Shown: piece by piece, positions 44,460 through 52,666 of the stretch | Position numbering within the stretch: position 1 is the first letter of the stretch | Layout: each line of letters starts with the position of its first letter | Origin: a virus | Strand: one strand, 5' to 3' | Virus record (IMG/VR): IMGVR_UViG_3300045988_165550 | Coordinates: 32,001-96,000 of that record | DNA length: 64,000 bases | Notes under the pieces: model-generated | Seen by the model: only the letters and a program-made list of their open reading frames with translations | Told to the model about the DNA's origin: nothing | Database searches by the model: none | Made by a program: the position numbers and the translations under genes

Positions 44460-44960
44460 ATGAAGTATATTCAGTTAATAGATCAGGCCCGTGCTCACGG
44501 CGTGGCTACTGAGAAGAAGATGATGGAGGCGATGGAGCAGTTGAGCTGCGACCTCGCCTCCCTGGAGGAAACAAATCCGGAATTGTACTGGCGCATCCTC
44601 CGTCACCAGCACGCAGTGTTCTATGATCGTCATTACAGTGAGAAAATGGCCAACCATGATGTCTGCCATCTTGTGTACAGCAAGAAAGGTGAGAATGGTG
44701 AGTTGATAGGATCCGGCGCGCATTGGACCAAATCGCAGATAGTGAATGCCACCAAGGGCATGAAGTTCCGTGAAAAGGTGAACGATTGGGATAAATATGT
44801 TGCCTTTAATGCCATGTACGCTGACCTGTGCAGCGATATGACAGAAGATGAAATCATCAAGGCAGCTTATCTCTTCTATTTCCAGGATGCAGATTGGCAA
44901 CCCGAAGAAGACGATTGTACCAAGATATGGGACTATATGTCCGCTCACGCGATGATGTAG
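44460..44960 (+). CDS. Hypothetical protein
   Basis: 166-aa ORF. Confidence 0.65.
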   Translation: MKYIQLIDQARAHGVATEKKMMEAMEQLSCDLASLEETNPELYWRILRHQHAVFYDRHYSEKMANHDVCHLVYSKKGENGELIGSGAHWTKSQIVNATKGMKFREKVNDWDKYVAFNAMYADLCSDMTEDEIIKAAYLFYFQDADWQPEEDDCTKIWDYMSAHAMM

Positions 44961-45109
44961 TTTGTTTTGAACTAGGTAATATAGATTTCGCACTAGCGAG
45001 TGCAAGTATTTAAAGTAAAAAGATTGGGATAACATTTTTTGAAGCCTCTTTGCGCCTACAAAAGCCGCAGGGAGGCTTTCTTTGTCCCCATCATCTTTTT
45101 AGCATTTGC

Positions 45110-45117
45110 TATCTTTG
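45110..45117 (+). promoter_or_regulatory. Bacteroidota -7 box
   Basis: TATCTTTG, 34 nt upstream of the ATG at 45151. A weak hairpin AAGCCTC/GAGGCTT lies at 45042-78. Confidence 0.6.
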
Positions 45118-45150
45118 CCATCAGAATAAAAACGATAAAACAGAAAAGAT

Positions 45151-45705
45151 ATGGCAAAGATTCAACCTCTTGCAGATTTCATTCTCTCCTTCGAGGGAGG
45201 TTACGTGAACCACCCCAACGATAAGGGTGGTCCTACCAACATGGGCGTAACATTGAAAACCTGGCAAACCCAAGGTTACGACAAGAACCATGATGGCCGC
45301 ATAGACGCAAAGGACGTGAAGCTTATCACAAAAGCCGATGCTATCTCCATCCTTCGCCGTTGCTACTGGAACCGATGGAAAGCCGATGGCATCAAAGACC
45401 AGAGCATCGCCAACATCCTGGTAGATTGGGTATGGATCAGCGGCACACCAGGCATCACCCTCGTACAGGCTATGCTGGGCGTAACCGCCGATGGTATCGT
45501 AGGCAACAAAACTCTCAAGGCGCTCAATAGCCAGAACCCTAAGCGGTTTTTCGAGCGCATCAAGGCACGCCGCAAGCAATACATCGCTAGAGTCATTGCC
45601 CTGTGCCCTAGTCAGAAGGGCTTCGAGGCAGGCTGGCTCCGTCGTCTCAATGCTATCAGTTACGGCAGTCTTATCTCCAATAATGGCAAAGAAATAAAGT
45701 GGTAA
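45151..45705 (+). CDS. Endolysin: GH108 lysozyme domain plus a PG_binding_3-type domain
   Basis: ILSFEGGYVNHPNDKGGPTNMGVT is the GH108 N-terminal signature. The length and C-terminal half fit the usual two-domain architecture. Confidence 0.85.
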   Translation: MAKIQPLADFILSFEGGYVNHPNDKGGPTNMGVTLKTWQTQGYDKNHDGRIDAKDVKLITKADAISILRRCYWNRWKADGIKDQSIANILVDWVWISGTPGITLVQAMLGVTADGIVGNKTLKALNSQNPKRFFERIKARRKQYIARVIALCPSQKGFEAGWLRRLNAISYGSLISNNGKEIKW

Positions 45706-45706
45706 T

Positions 45707-46813
45707 ATGGAAGCAAAGATAAACCTCACCATCCCGAAAAGCTGGAACCAATGCACCCCCACCCAGCTAGAGCAGATAGCCCTTATCATGCTGGAGCAGA
45801 TAGAGAAATCCAAGGCAGACCGCTATCACCCTTTCGATATGCAGAAGGTGAAAGTAGCCGTCTTCTTTCTCTTTGCCGGGATAAGCATCAACACCTATCC
45901 CGACCCCCGTCTGCCCATCAATGAGCAGCACTACCTGGTAAGCATAGAGCCGCAAAAAAAGAGCCTCCTGAAGAAGTTCCTCTCCCTCTGCGCCACCGTT
46001 CCCAGCGATTCCGTCGCTGGTACCAAATCGGCTATCCACTTTCCCCTCTATCTTTGGCAGCTCAACTATTGGCTCTCCCCAAAAGCTAAGACCGATGATA
46101 AAACCTCCCCAGAGTACATCGCTCAGGGCGCAGGTCTTCTCGATTGGCTGGATGCAGATAGTGGCTATTTCCTCACCCGCTTCCCCTATCCGATTATCGG
46201 ACAGAAAGCCAAGTGGTATCGTCGTGCAAAAGCCTTCCGTGGTCCGAACCCAGACCTCGATGGCTTCTCCTGGCAGCAATACCGTTTTGCCAGCGATATG
46301 ATGCAGACCTACACCCGTTTGGATAACAACCTGATAAAGATGAAGAAGATGAATAAATTCACCGAGGAACAACTCCAGACGCAAGCCCAGAGTGTAGCCA
46401 GCGCCAGAAACATGTTCCTTGCCACCATCTTCAACACCACCACCCAGTACATCGACCCGGCAACAGGCATCACGAAATACGATTTTCACTACGAGTCAAA
46501 GCAGTTCACCGAGAACGCAGGTTATTTCGTCAAATATCCGGAAGCCAACTGGCAGGTCATCCTCTTCTGGTGGAGCGGCATCATGCACACCCTAGCCCGT
46601 CGCTACCCTCACGTATTCAAGGTGCAGAAGGTAGATAATAAGAAGCCGCAAACCCCGATGGAAATCTACACCGCCACCACCGCTACGATGCAGAAGTATG
46701 CCGGCTTAACGGAAGATCAGGTCAACACTCAATCCTATTCCCTCGTTCTCGAACACCTCGAAAGGTTATCGAAAGAGAATGAGGAAATGGAAAAGATGAG
46801 GAGAGAAAAATGA
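45707..46813 (+). CDS. Hypothetical protein; contains hairpin element copy 5
   Basis: 368-aa ORF starting 1 nt after the endolysin stop. Confidence 0.7.
   Translation: MEAKINLTIPKSWNQCTPTQLEQIALIMLEQIEKSKADRYHPFDMQKVKVAVFFLFAGISINTYPDPRLPINEQHYLVSIEPQKKSLLKKFLSLCATVPSDSVAGTKSAIHFPLYLWQLNYWLSPKAKTDDKTSPEYIAQGAGLLDWLDADSGYFLTRFPYPIIGQKAKWYRRAKAFRGPNPDLDGFSWQQYRFASDMMQTYTRLDNNLIKMKKMNKFTEEQLQTQAQSVASARNMFLATIFNTTTQYIDPATGITKYDFHYESKQFTENAGYFVKYPEANWQVILFWWSGIMHTLARRYPHVFKVQKVDNKKPQTPMEIYTATTATMQKYAGLTEDQVNTQSYSLVLEHLERLSKENEEMEKMRREK
45996..46020 (+). repeat. 25-nt hairpin element, copy 5 (inside a CDS)
   Basis: CCGTTCCCAGCGATTCCGTCGCTGG, translated in frame as VPSDSVAG. Confidence 0.9.
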
Positions 46814-46835
46814 TGATTATAAAAACAATAAGATT

Positions 46836-47207
46836 ATGGAAAGAAACAACCGACTGCCTAACGTGATATTCTTATCACCAAAGGCTTCTGAGATGATAGA
46901 AAGTTTGACAACAGAAGATGTAGTTTGTCTTGAGAATGAAGCAAATGGCATAAGCATCAAAAATGCGTCTTTTTGTGATGCCGACACGGATGAAACAGCA
47001 GAATATCGCAACATTATTCAACTATGGCACCCAGCCGAAGAGAAACCGCATTGCATAGGGTCGCTTCTTTGTTGGCGACGCGATGGCACTCATTTTGTGC
47101 ATGAACATTTCTCCCACGACGAACAGAACTGGCGAATGTTTATTAGCGAATACGACGTGAAGTGTTATTGTTATATCGCCAACTTGGAGCCTGACTCGTT
47201 CTCTTGA
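46836..47207 (+). CDS. Hypothetical protein
   Basis: 123-aa ORF with start context AAGATTATGG. Confidence 0.55.
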   Translation: MERNNRLPNVIFLSPKASEMIESLTTEDVVCLENEANGISIKNASFCDADTDETAEYRNIIQLWHPAEEKPHCIGSLLCWRRDGTHFVHEHFSHDEQNWRMFISEYDVKCYCYIANLEPDSFS

Positions 47208-47214
47208 TTTGTAT

Positions 47215-47355
47215 ATGGTTAGACAACAGCCTTTGAATGTTTGTATGGGGGGGGTGGCCGTAACACTAAATACTCGATACGAACGTTTGTGTGTAGAGCA
47301 TTTGATGTCTTTGGCTCATTTCCCAAGGACAGGAGTATTCATTGAGTATGATTAA
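47215..47355 (+). CDS. Possible small ORF (46 aa) containing a G8 tract
   Basis: My translation is MVRQQPLNVCMGGVAVTLNTRYERLCVEHLMSLAHFPRTGVFIEYD. It fills the gap between neighbouring genes. G8 is at 47247-54. Confidence 0.25.
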   Translation: MVRQQPLNVCMGGVAVTLNTRYERLCVEHLMSLAHFPRTGVFIEYD

Positions 47356-47361
47356 AGATTC

Positions 47362-47670
47362 ATGAGTCATAATACATTAAAAATAGAGAAGGATAAATTC
47401 AGAGAACACTCTGTAATTTTATCCCGTTCAACCGTAAGTGATACGGTTGTAATCAAGTGTGGTTCAGAAAGCGTGTGTCTTGAGCAAGACGAATTTAAAG
47501 TGTTGGCACATCTCATGTGCTACGATTTCTATACACGAGGTATGATCGAGGAAGCTCAAGAACATAGCCGGAATGATGTTCGTCCATATGATATATATTC
47601 TACTCCTGATATAGAAGGTTACGATGAGAAGATTAATTGGGATTTGGCTGTAGAAAATAACAGCAAATAA
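47362..47670 (+). CDS. Hypothetical protein
   Basis: 102-aa ORF. Confidence 0.5.
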   Translation: MSHNTLKIEKDKFREHSVILSRSTVSDTVVIKCGSESVCLEQDEFKVLAHLMCYDFYTRGMIEEAQEHSRNDVRPYDIYSTPDIEGYDEKINWDLAVENNSK

Positions 47671-47809
47671 CATTATGATTTGTCCCCTCAAAAACTATAA
47701 AAAACCATAACTTTACACTCAGAAACAAGAGAAATAGGTGTGCGTATATCGCCACCATTCTCTCTTTCAATCACATTCAGGATAACATATAAAAAAAAGA
47801 AACGCAAAA

Positions 47810-49627
47810 ATGGCAAGCAAAAACAAAAACAGAGTAACCACCCTGCAGCAGCTCCAAAATCGTAGTGAGGAACTGAAAGATGCAGGCTATGTAGCCGTTC
47901 GCCCCGATGCCTTTACACCGCTTAAAAATGGCGGCGGTAAAGTCTTCTCCTGGAATGACTACGTTCACGGCATGCTACTTACCACAGCCGGTATGTCGGC
48001 AAGCGGTGGCGACGCAGGCGGTTCCGCAGCACGTCAGCAAGTCTCCACTATCTTTGCATCAAGTGGCGGCGAGAACCTGGGCAAACCAAAAGGCGTAGGT
48101 ACCGAAGGCTTAGGCTTTATGGAATGGGGTATGGCCAACCGACTGCCTAACCTTATCTGGATGCTCTCCCGTATGTCGCCTTTTACAGCAGCAGGAGTAG
48201 ATTACATCAAGAAGATACTGGTAGGTCGTGGTCCCGCAGCCAAGTATCATTACACCCAGTATGTAGGCGGTAACATCACGGAGAAGTATATCCCCTACGA
48301 GAGTGCAGGAGTCCTGCTCCGCGGTCAGATTGCCGACCTCAAAGCCAAGGAAGAGGCAGCCGCCGAAGCCAAGCGACAGAACGAGCAGCAGAGCCAGAAC
48401 GGGCAGTCTCAGCAGGAGGAGTCACCGTTCTCTGCGGTTCAATCGCAGGTCTTATCCTCCGATGAAGGTGAAAGCGAGGAGATGAAATCTCTGAAAGAAG
48501 CTCTCCGCAAATGGGAAGAAACCAATGCCCAGCTTCGTGATTTCTTGGAAAACAACGACCTGATGCAGACCTTCCTCGACCTGGCAGGAGATATGGCTTT
48601 GATGTCGCAGTGCTTTGTAGAACTTCAGCTCAATCAGCGTTCCCTCGACGAGAACGGCAAAGCGGTTCCTACTGCCCAGTGGACCCCGAAGGTAATCGGT
48701 CTGAAGCACCGCAGCATCTTCACTACCCGACTGGAGCGCATGGACGAGAACTACCGCATCAACTATGCCTACGTGAGCAATCAATGGCTCGACCCTACCC
48801 AATACGTCGGCGTGCAGAAAGAGGAAGACCGCAAGATAGCTGCTATCCCCTATCTCCCTACCACATCAGCCGTAAAGGATTTGCAGCGCAATATCCGTGA
48901 GGCACGTCAGAAGCAGGTAAGCCGCAAGAAACGCCCTACCCGCTTCATCATGTCACCAAGAGATTTCGGCGGTCCCTACTATGCCGATGCCCTTTGGCAC
49001 TCTATCTTTGCCGGCAGCATCTTTGAATATGCCTTTACTATCGTGGATGACCGCCTTACCCGAAAGCGCAACAGTAACATTATCGGTAGAGTGATCTATA
49101 TCCATCAGGACTATATCAACAAACTCTATCAGCAGCAGGGCGAGCAGAAGAAGAAAACCATCGGTGAGATTCAGAACGAAATCTTTACCTCTATTAACAC
49201 ATGGCTCTCTAACCCAGATAATGCTGGTCAGGCGCTCATCTCTTCTGCTTTCACGGGAAGCGACGGCAAGGAGCACAAAGCTTGGGAAATAGTGGAAATC
49301 GAAACCAAGGCAAATGATCAGGCAAATGCCGATAAGACCGAGTTGCAAGAAATAAGCAGTATCATTTTCTTTGCCATGGGTCTTGATGCAAAGCTCATCG
49401 GTAATACTCCTGGCGATACAGCATCATCGGGCGGTACCGACCTGAGAGAGCGTTTCCTGGTCAAGCAAATCCAGTTTGCCCCATTGCAGCAGTTGATGAT
49501 ACGCCCATTGGAAGTTTTGAGCCGCTTCAACGATTGGGATGAGCACCTGGTGTGGCAGATAGACCGAGAGGTATTAACCACCCTCGATAACTCGAAGACC
49601 GGAGTGGCAAAGCAGGAAAGCATTTAA
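47810..49627 (+). CDS. Portal-like protein
   Basis: 605 aa. The segment ISSIIFFAMGLDAKLIGNTPGDTASSGGTDLRERFLVKQIQFAPLQQLMIRPLEVL resembles the conserved portal core (afGvPxxLlG...f....i.P.q). There is a Gln/Glu-rich insert. Confidence 0.55.
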   Translation: MASKNKNRVTTLQQLQNRSEELKDAGYVAVRPDAFTPLKNGGGKVFSWNDYVHGMLLTTAGMSASGGDAGGSAARQQVSTIFASSGGENLGKPKGVGTEGLGFMEWGMANRLPNLIWMLSRMSPFTAAGVDYIKKILVGRGPAAKYHYTQYVGGNITEKYIPYESAGVLLRGQIADLKAKEEAAAEAKRQNEQQSQNGQSQQEESPFSAVQSQVLSSDEGESEEMKSLKEALRKWEETNAQLRDFLENNDLMQTFLDLAGDMALMSQCFVELQLNQRSLDENGKAVPTAQWTPKVIGLKHRSIFTTRLERMDENYRINYAYVSNQWLDPTQYVGVQKEEDRKIAAIPYLPTTSAVKDLQRNIREARQKQVSRKKRPTRFIMSPRDFGGPYYADALWHSIFAGSIFEYAFTIVDDRLTRKRNSNIIGRVIYIHQDYINKLYQQQGEQKKKTIGEIQNEIFTSINTWLSNPDNAGQALISSAFTGSDGKEHKAWEIVEIETKANDQANADKTELQEISSIIFFAMGLDAKLIGNTPGDTASSGGTDLRERFLVKQIQFAPLQQLMIRPLEVLSRFNDWDEHLVWQIDREVLTTLDNSKTGVAKQESI

Positions 49628-49648
49628 TTATAAACTATAAATTATAAA
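49628..49648 (+). repeat. Heptamer array D (3 units)
   Basis: TTATAAA CTATAAA TTATAAA fills the gap between the portal-like gene and the next ATG. The 20-mer TATAAACTATAAATTATAAA is identical to 21681-21700. Confidence 0.85.
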
Positions 49649-49650
49649 TT

Positions 49651-50826
49651 ATGATTATTTCCACCAACCAAGAATTGCGTTTGCACGTTCCAAGCAACGC
49701 AATCGACGATATAGCCACCATCCAGGGCATACTGGATAATAGCGAAAAAGATGTGCTGAAGGATAAGCTCGGCGCATCACTCTACAACCGCCTGTGTGAG
49801 GAATACAAGAAGCTCGACCCGCTCGATTTCTACAACCACGTGCAGGATGGTACCTATATCCAATATCCATGGGAAGAGCTTCTGCTGAATGCCCAGCGTG
49901 TAGTGGCTAACGAGGCGATGGCCCGCTTCGCCTATCAGCAGATTATCTCCATCAATGGTGCAGGAGTTAATATTGCTTCCAGCAACGACTATGATGCAGC
50001 CAGTGAAAAGCTGTTGGATAAAGGTGTAGCCGGATATAAGAAGGAAGCCCTGGTTTCCCTCAACAACCTTCTGCTCATGCTCGAAAACATGGCGAAGATG
50101 GCGAATACTCCGGCGGAAATCGTAGGCACGGATAACACGGATAGTGCAGATTCAGAAAGCCCCGAAGTACCAAAGGACGAAAGTACTGACGTACCAAAGG
50201 ACGATAGCACGAAAGGAGATGGCGATACAGAAGACCCTTCAACTCAGCCTACCAAGGAAGAAATTCACGCCGCCCTAGAGGATATTATCCTCCTGTGGCA
50301 GGAGAGCCGATATTACTATCTGCATCATGATCTCCTTATTCCGACCTGCGAAATCATGCAGCAGTATCTCGACATCTACGATAGTCGGGATAAGTTCATT
50401 CGTCTCATCCCCGATATGCTTTTCATTCAGAGTGAATATCTGGAAGAAGCGTTTGGCGAAGATTTTATTCCTCGTCTCTTGCAGGCCGACGAGAACGACA
50501 AGATGCTGAAGAAGGCACGCCAGCTTGTAGTGGCTTATCTCAAGGAGCGTACATCGGTTATCAGTTTTGATAAGCTGACTCGCTCCACGGCGCACAATGA
50601 TTCCATTACCGTAAGGGAAAGCATTCATCGGTTGCTGAAGAAAGAGGAAGCCGAAGCGCAAGCGAAACTCGATGCAGCCAAAGCTGATAGCGCCACAGAA
50701 GGCGGCTCCTCCTCATCGACGAGTAACGCCTCCAGTGCTTCATCATCGAATGACAAGGGCGGCAGCGAAGGCTACAACAACAACCAAAAAGGTTCTCGTA
50801 TCTTCGTAACCCCTATTCTGTGCTAA
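49651..50826 (+). CDS. Hypothetical virion-module protein with an acidic and Ser-rich tail
   Basis: 391-aa ORF. Confidence 0.7.
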   Translation: MIISTNQELRLHVPSNAIDDIATIQGILDNSEKDVLKDKLGASLYNRLCEEYKKLDPLDFYNHVQDGTYIQYPWEELLLNAQRVVANEAMARFAYQQIISINGAGVNIASSNDYDAASEKLLDKGVAGYKKEALVSLNNLLLMLENMAKMANTPAEIVGTDNTDSADSESPEVPKDESTDVPKDDSTKGDGDTEDPSTQPTKEEIHAALEDIILLWQESRYYYLHHDLLIPTCEIMQQYLDIYDSRDKFIRLIPDMLFIQSEYLEEAFGEDFIPRLLQADENDKMLKKARQLVVAYLKERTSVISFDKLTRSTAHNDSITVRESIHRLLKKEEAEAQAKLDAAKADSATEGGSSSSTSNASSASSSNDKGGSEGYNNNQKGSRIFVTPILC

Positions 50827-50868
50827 AAATATTCTTAATTTTCAAATAAACAACAAAAACAAGGATTT

Positions 50869-51984
50869 ATGGAAAATTTATCATTACAGGAAATCATCAA
50901 CATTTTGAAACCTGCCATCGGTGCAAGAATGCTTACCCAGGAGCAGAAAGATGCCTATGAGCAGGGATTGTCTCTCCTGGAAGGTGCAAGTAATGCACAC
51001 TCGTTTATCGAGAACTCACGTAAGTTTAAAGACTATCATCGCCGTACCCGACAGATGATCGCCTATCTGAATAGCTACAGCAGCTCTCAAGCCAACGCTG
51101 CATCATCATCTGCTGCCGACAAGCGACGTGTAGGTCGCCCAACCAAACAGGAACAGGAAGCCTATGCCGAACTTCAGAAAAAGAAAGCCATGGAAGAGGC
51201 GAAGCAGTCTCTCTTTCCTAATCTGAAGCCCGACACCACCGTGCAGCCGCTTACCTATAATGGTATCGTAGCCAACCCTAACGGCGAAAGTATCGCTGCT
51301 ACCATGCCCAACCTGATGCAGTTGCGTCCGTTCCTCTCTACTGCCCTTCAGGAGCAGGTGAACACCGTGCGTGACCTTCGTAGCGAGATGGCAAGCAAGG
51401 CAGAGCAGGCGAAGACCATGGCAGAAGCCAACGAGAAAGCTATCTCGCAGGGTAAAAGCGCCATCTATACCGAGGCTGAGATTGCCGAATTCGCCACAAG
51501 AGCCGTAGAAATCGAAAGCGATATTCTTCCGGAAATCTTTAAGGCTGTAGATAGAGAGATGGGCGAATGCTATCTGAGACTGAGCGAGAAGACTGGAGAC
51601 CCTGAATACATCGCTTACGCAAAGAAGGCCTTCACCATCGACCCTCAGACTCTCCGCACTCAGTTTAAGCCATTCTATGAAAAGGCATTAGCACGCGACC
51701 CTCTTTTTGCCGAGCAGGTAGCCGAGAAGATTGCCAACGACCGCCCAGAAGTAAAGGCAGCTCGTGATGCAGCCGCCAAGCACAAGGCTGAAGCCGATGC
51801 TCGCATCAAGTATATCCTTCGTAAGGATAAGCTATCTACCCAGACGAGAGTGAAAGGCATCAAGGAGCGCATAGACCAACTTCGCCAGGATTACTCTGAC
51901 ATCGTGACCGAAGAGGAGCTTTCCGGTTATGAAGCTATTCTCACAAAAACTATAGAAGAAGCCAAAGAGGATTCCGAAGCATAA
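50869..51984 (+). CDS. Hypothetical virion-module protein with an AT-hook-like motif
   Basis: 371-aa ORF containing KRRVGRPTKQE (GRP core). Confidence 0.65.
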   Translation: MENLSLQEIINILKPAIGARMLTQEQKDAYEQGLSLLEGASNAHSFIENSRKFKDYHRRTRQMIAYLNSYSSSQANAASSSAADKRRVGRPTKQEQEAYAELQKKKAMEEAKQSLFPNLKPDTTVQPLTYNGIVANPNGESIAATMPNLMQLRPFLSTALQEQVNTVRDLRSEMASKAEQAKTMAEANEKAISQGKSAIYTEAEIAEFATRAVEIESDILPEIFKAVDREMGECYLRLSEKTGDPEYIAYAKKAFTIDPQTLRTQFKPFYEKALARDPLFAEQVAEKIANDRPEVKAARDAAAKHKAEADARIKYILRKDKLSTQTRVKGIKERIDQLRQDYSDIVTEEELSGYEAILTKTIEEAKEDSEA

Positions 51985-51988
51985 AAAA

Positions 51989-52642
51989 ATGACAAAGAAT
52001 AAAGAAACCCCAGAACAGCGCACGCAGCGTTTTAAGACCCTGTGCGTCCATATCCTCTCCCAGAGCGGTAACTGCCAGGAATCTCAGCATGCTTTCAAAA
52101 GCACGCAGAGCATTCCCGAAATGTGCGAGGCGTGGCGCAAGTACTGGCACGGCTTAATCACCGAGGTTCCGCAGCAGGTAATCGATGCTTTCAAAGCCGT
52201 ATATCCGGAGTTTAAGGCAGATATTAACCAGGGCGGTATCTTCTATAATGAAGACTCGCCTACAGGTACCGTCCTTGTGGGTGATGCAGACGAGGAAATC
52301 CACCTCTACTCTTCCCGAAAGATATACGTCCTCGGCAAGGCGCACGTCATTCTCCATAATGCGGCTACCGCCATCGTGATGAATGAAGGCTGTAAGATAG
52401 AGTTATTGGATGGCAGCAAGGCAACCATCAAGGCAGGTTACGGAATCGCCCGGAATTATGCCCATCTGGTAACTTGCCAGGAAGCGGAATGCTACGACCA
52501 GAGTGTAGCCTTCATTACCGATGGCACCCTTCACGACCATGGGCATCAGAAGATCAATGCCTTTGGTACGGCAATGATAGATACCTTTACCCATCGCCTC
52601 ATAGATTTATATGATAGCGCCAGGATAGAAATCAGAAAGTAA
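51989..52642 (+). CDS. Hypothetical protein
   Basis: 217-aa ORF. Confidence 0.65.
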   Translation: MTKNKETPEQRTQRFKTLCVHILSQSGNCQESQHAFKSTQSIPEMCEAWRKYWHGLITEVPQQVIDAFKAVYPEFKADINQGGIFYNEDSPTGTVLVGDADEEIHLYSSRKIYVLGKAHVILHNAATAIVMNEGCKIELLDGSKATIKAGYGIARNYAHLVTCQEAECYDQSVAFITDGTLHDHGHQKINAFGTAMIDTFTHRLIDLYDSARIEIRK

Positions 52643-52666
52643 ATATCAGAAAATAGAAATCAGAAA

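Noticed and set aside
39544-46489. Long minus-strand ORFs opposite recognisable genes: 39544-40233, 40312-40722, 41919-42521, 43430-43960, 44475-45035, 45121-45813 and 45767-46489.
   Set aside because: Each lies antisense to a gene with a motif-supported or context-supported call (capsid, LysR, endolysin and others). None has a start context or promoter box, and all break the strict + strand operon structure.
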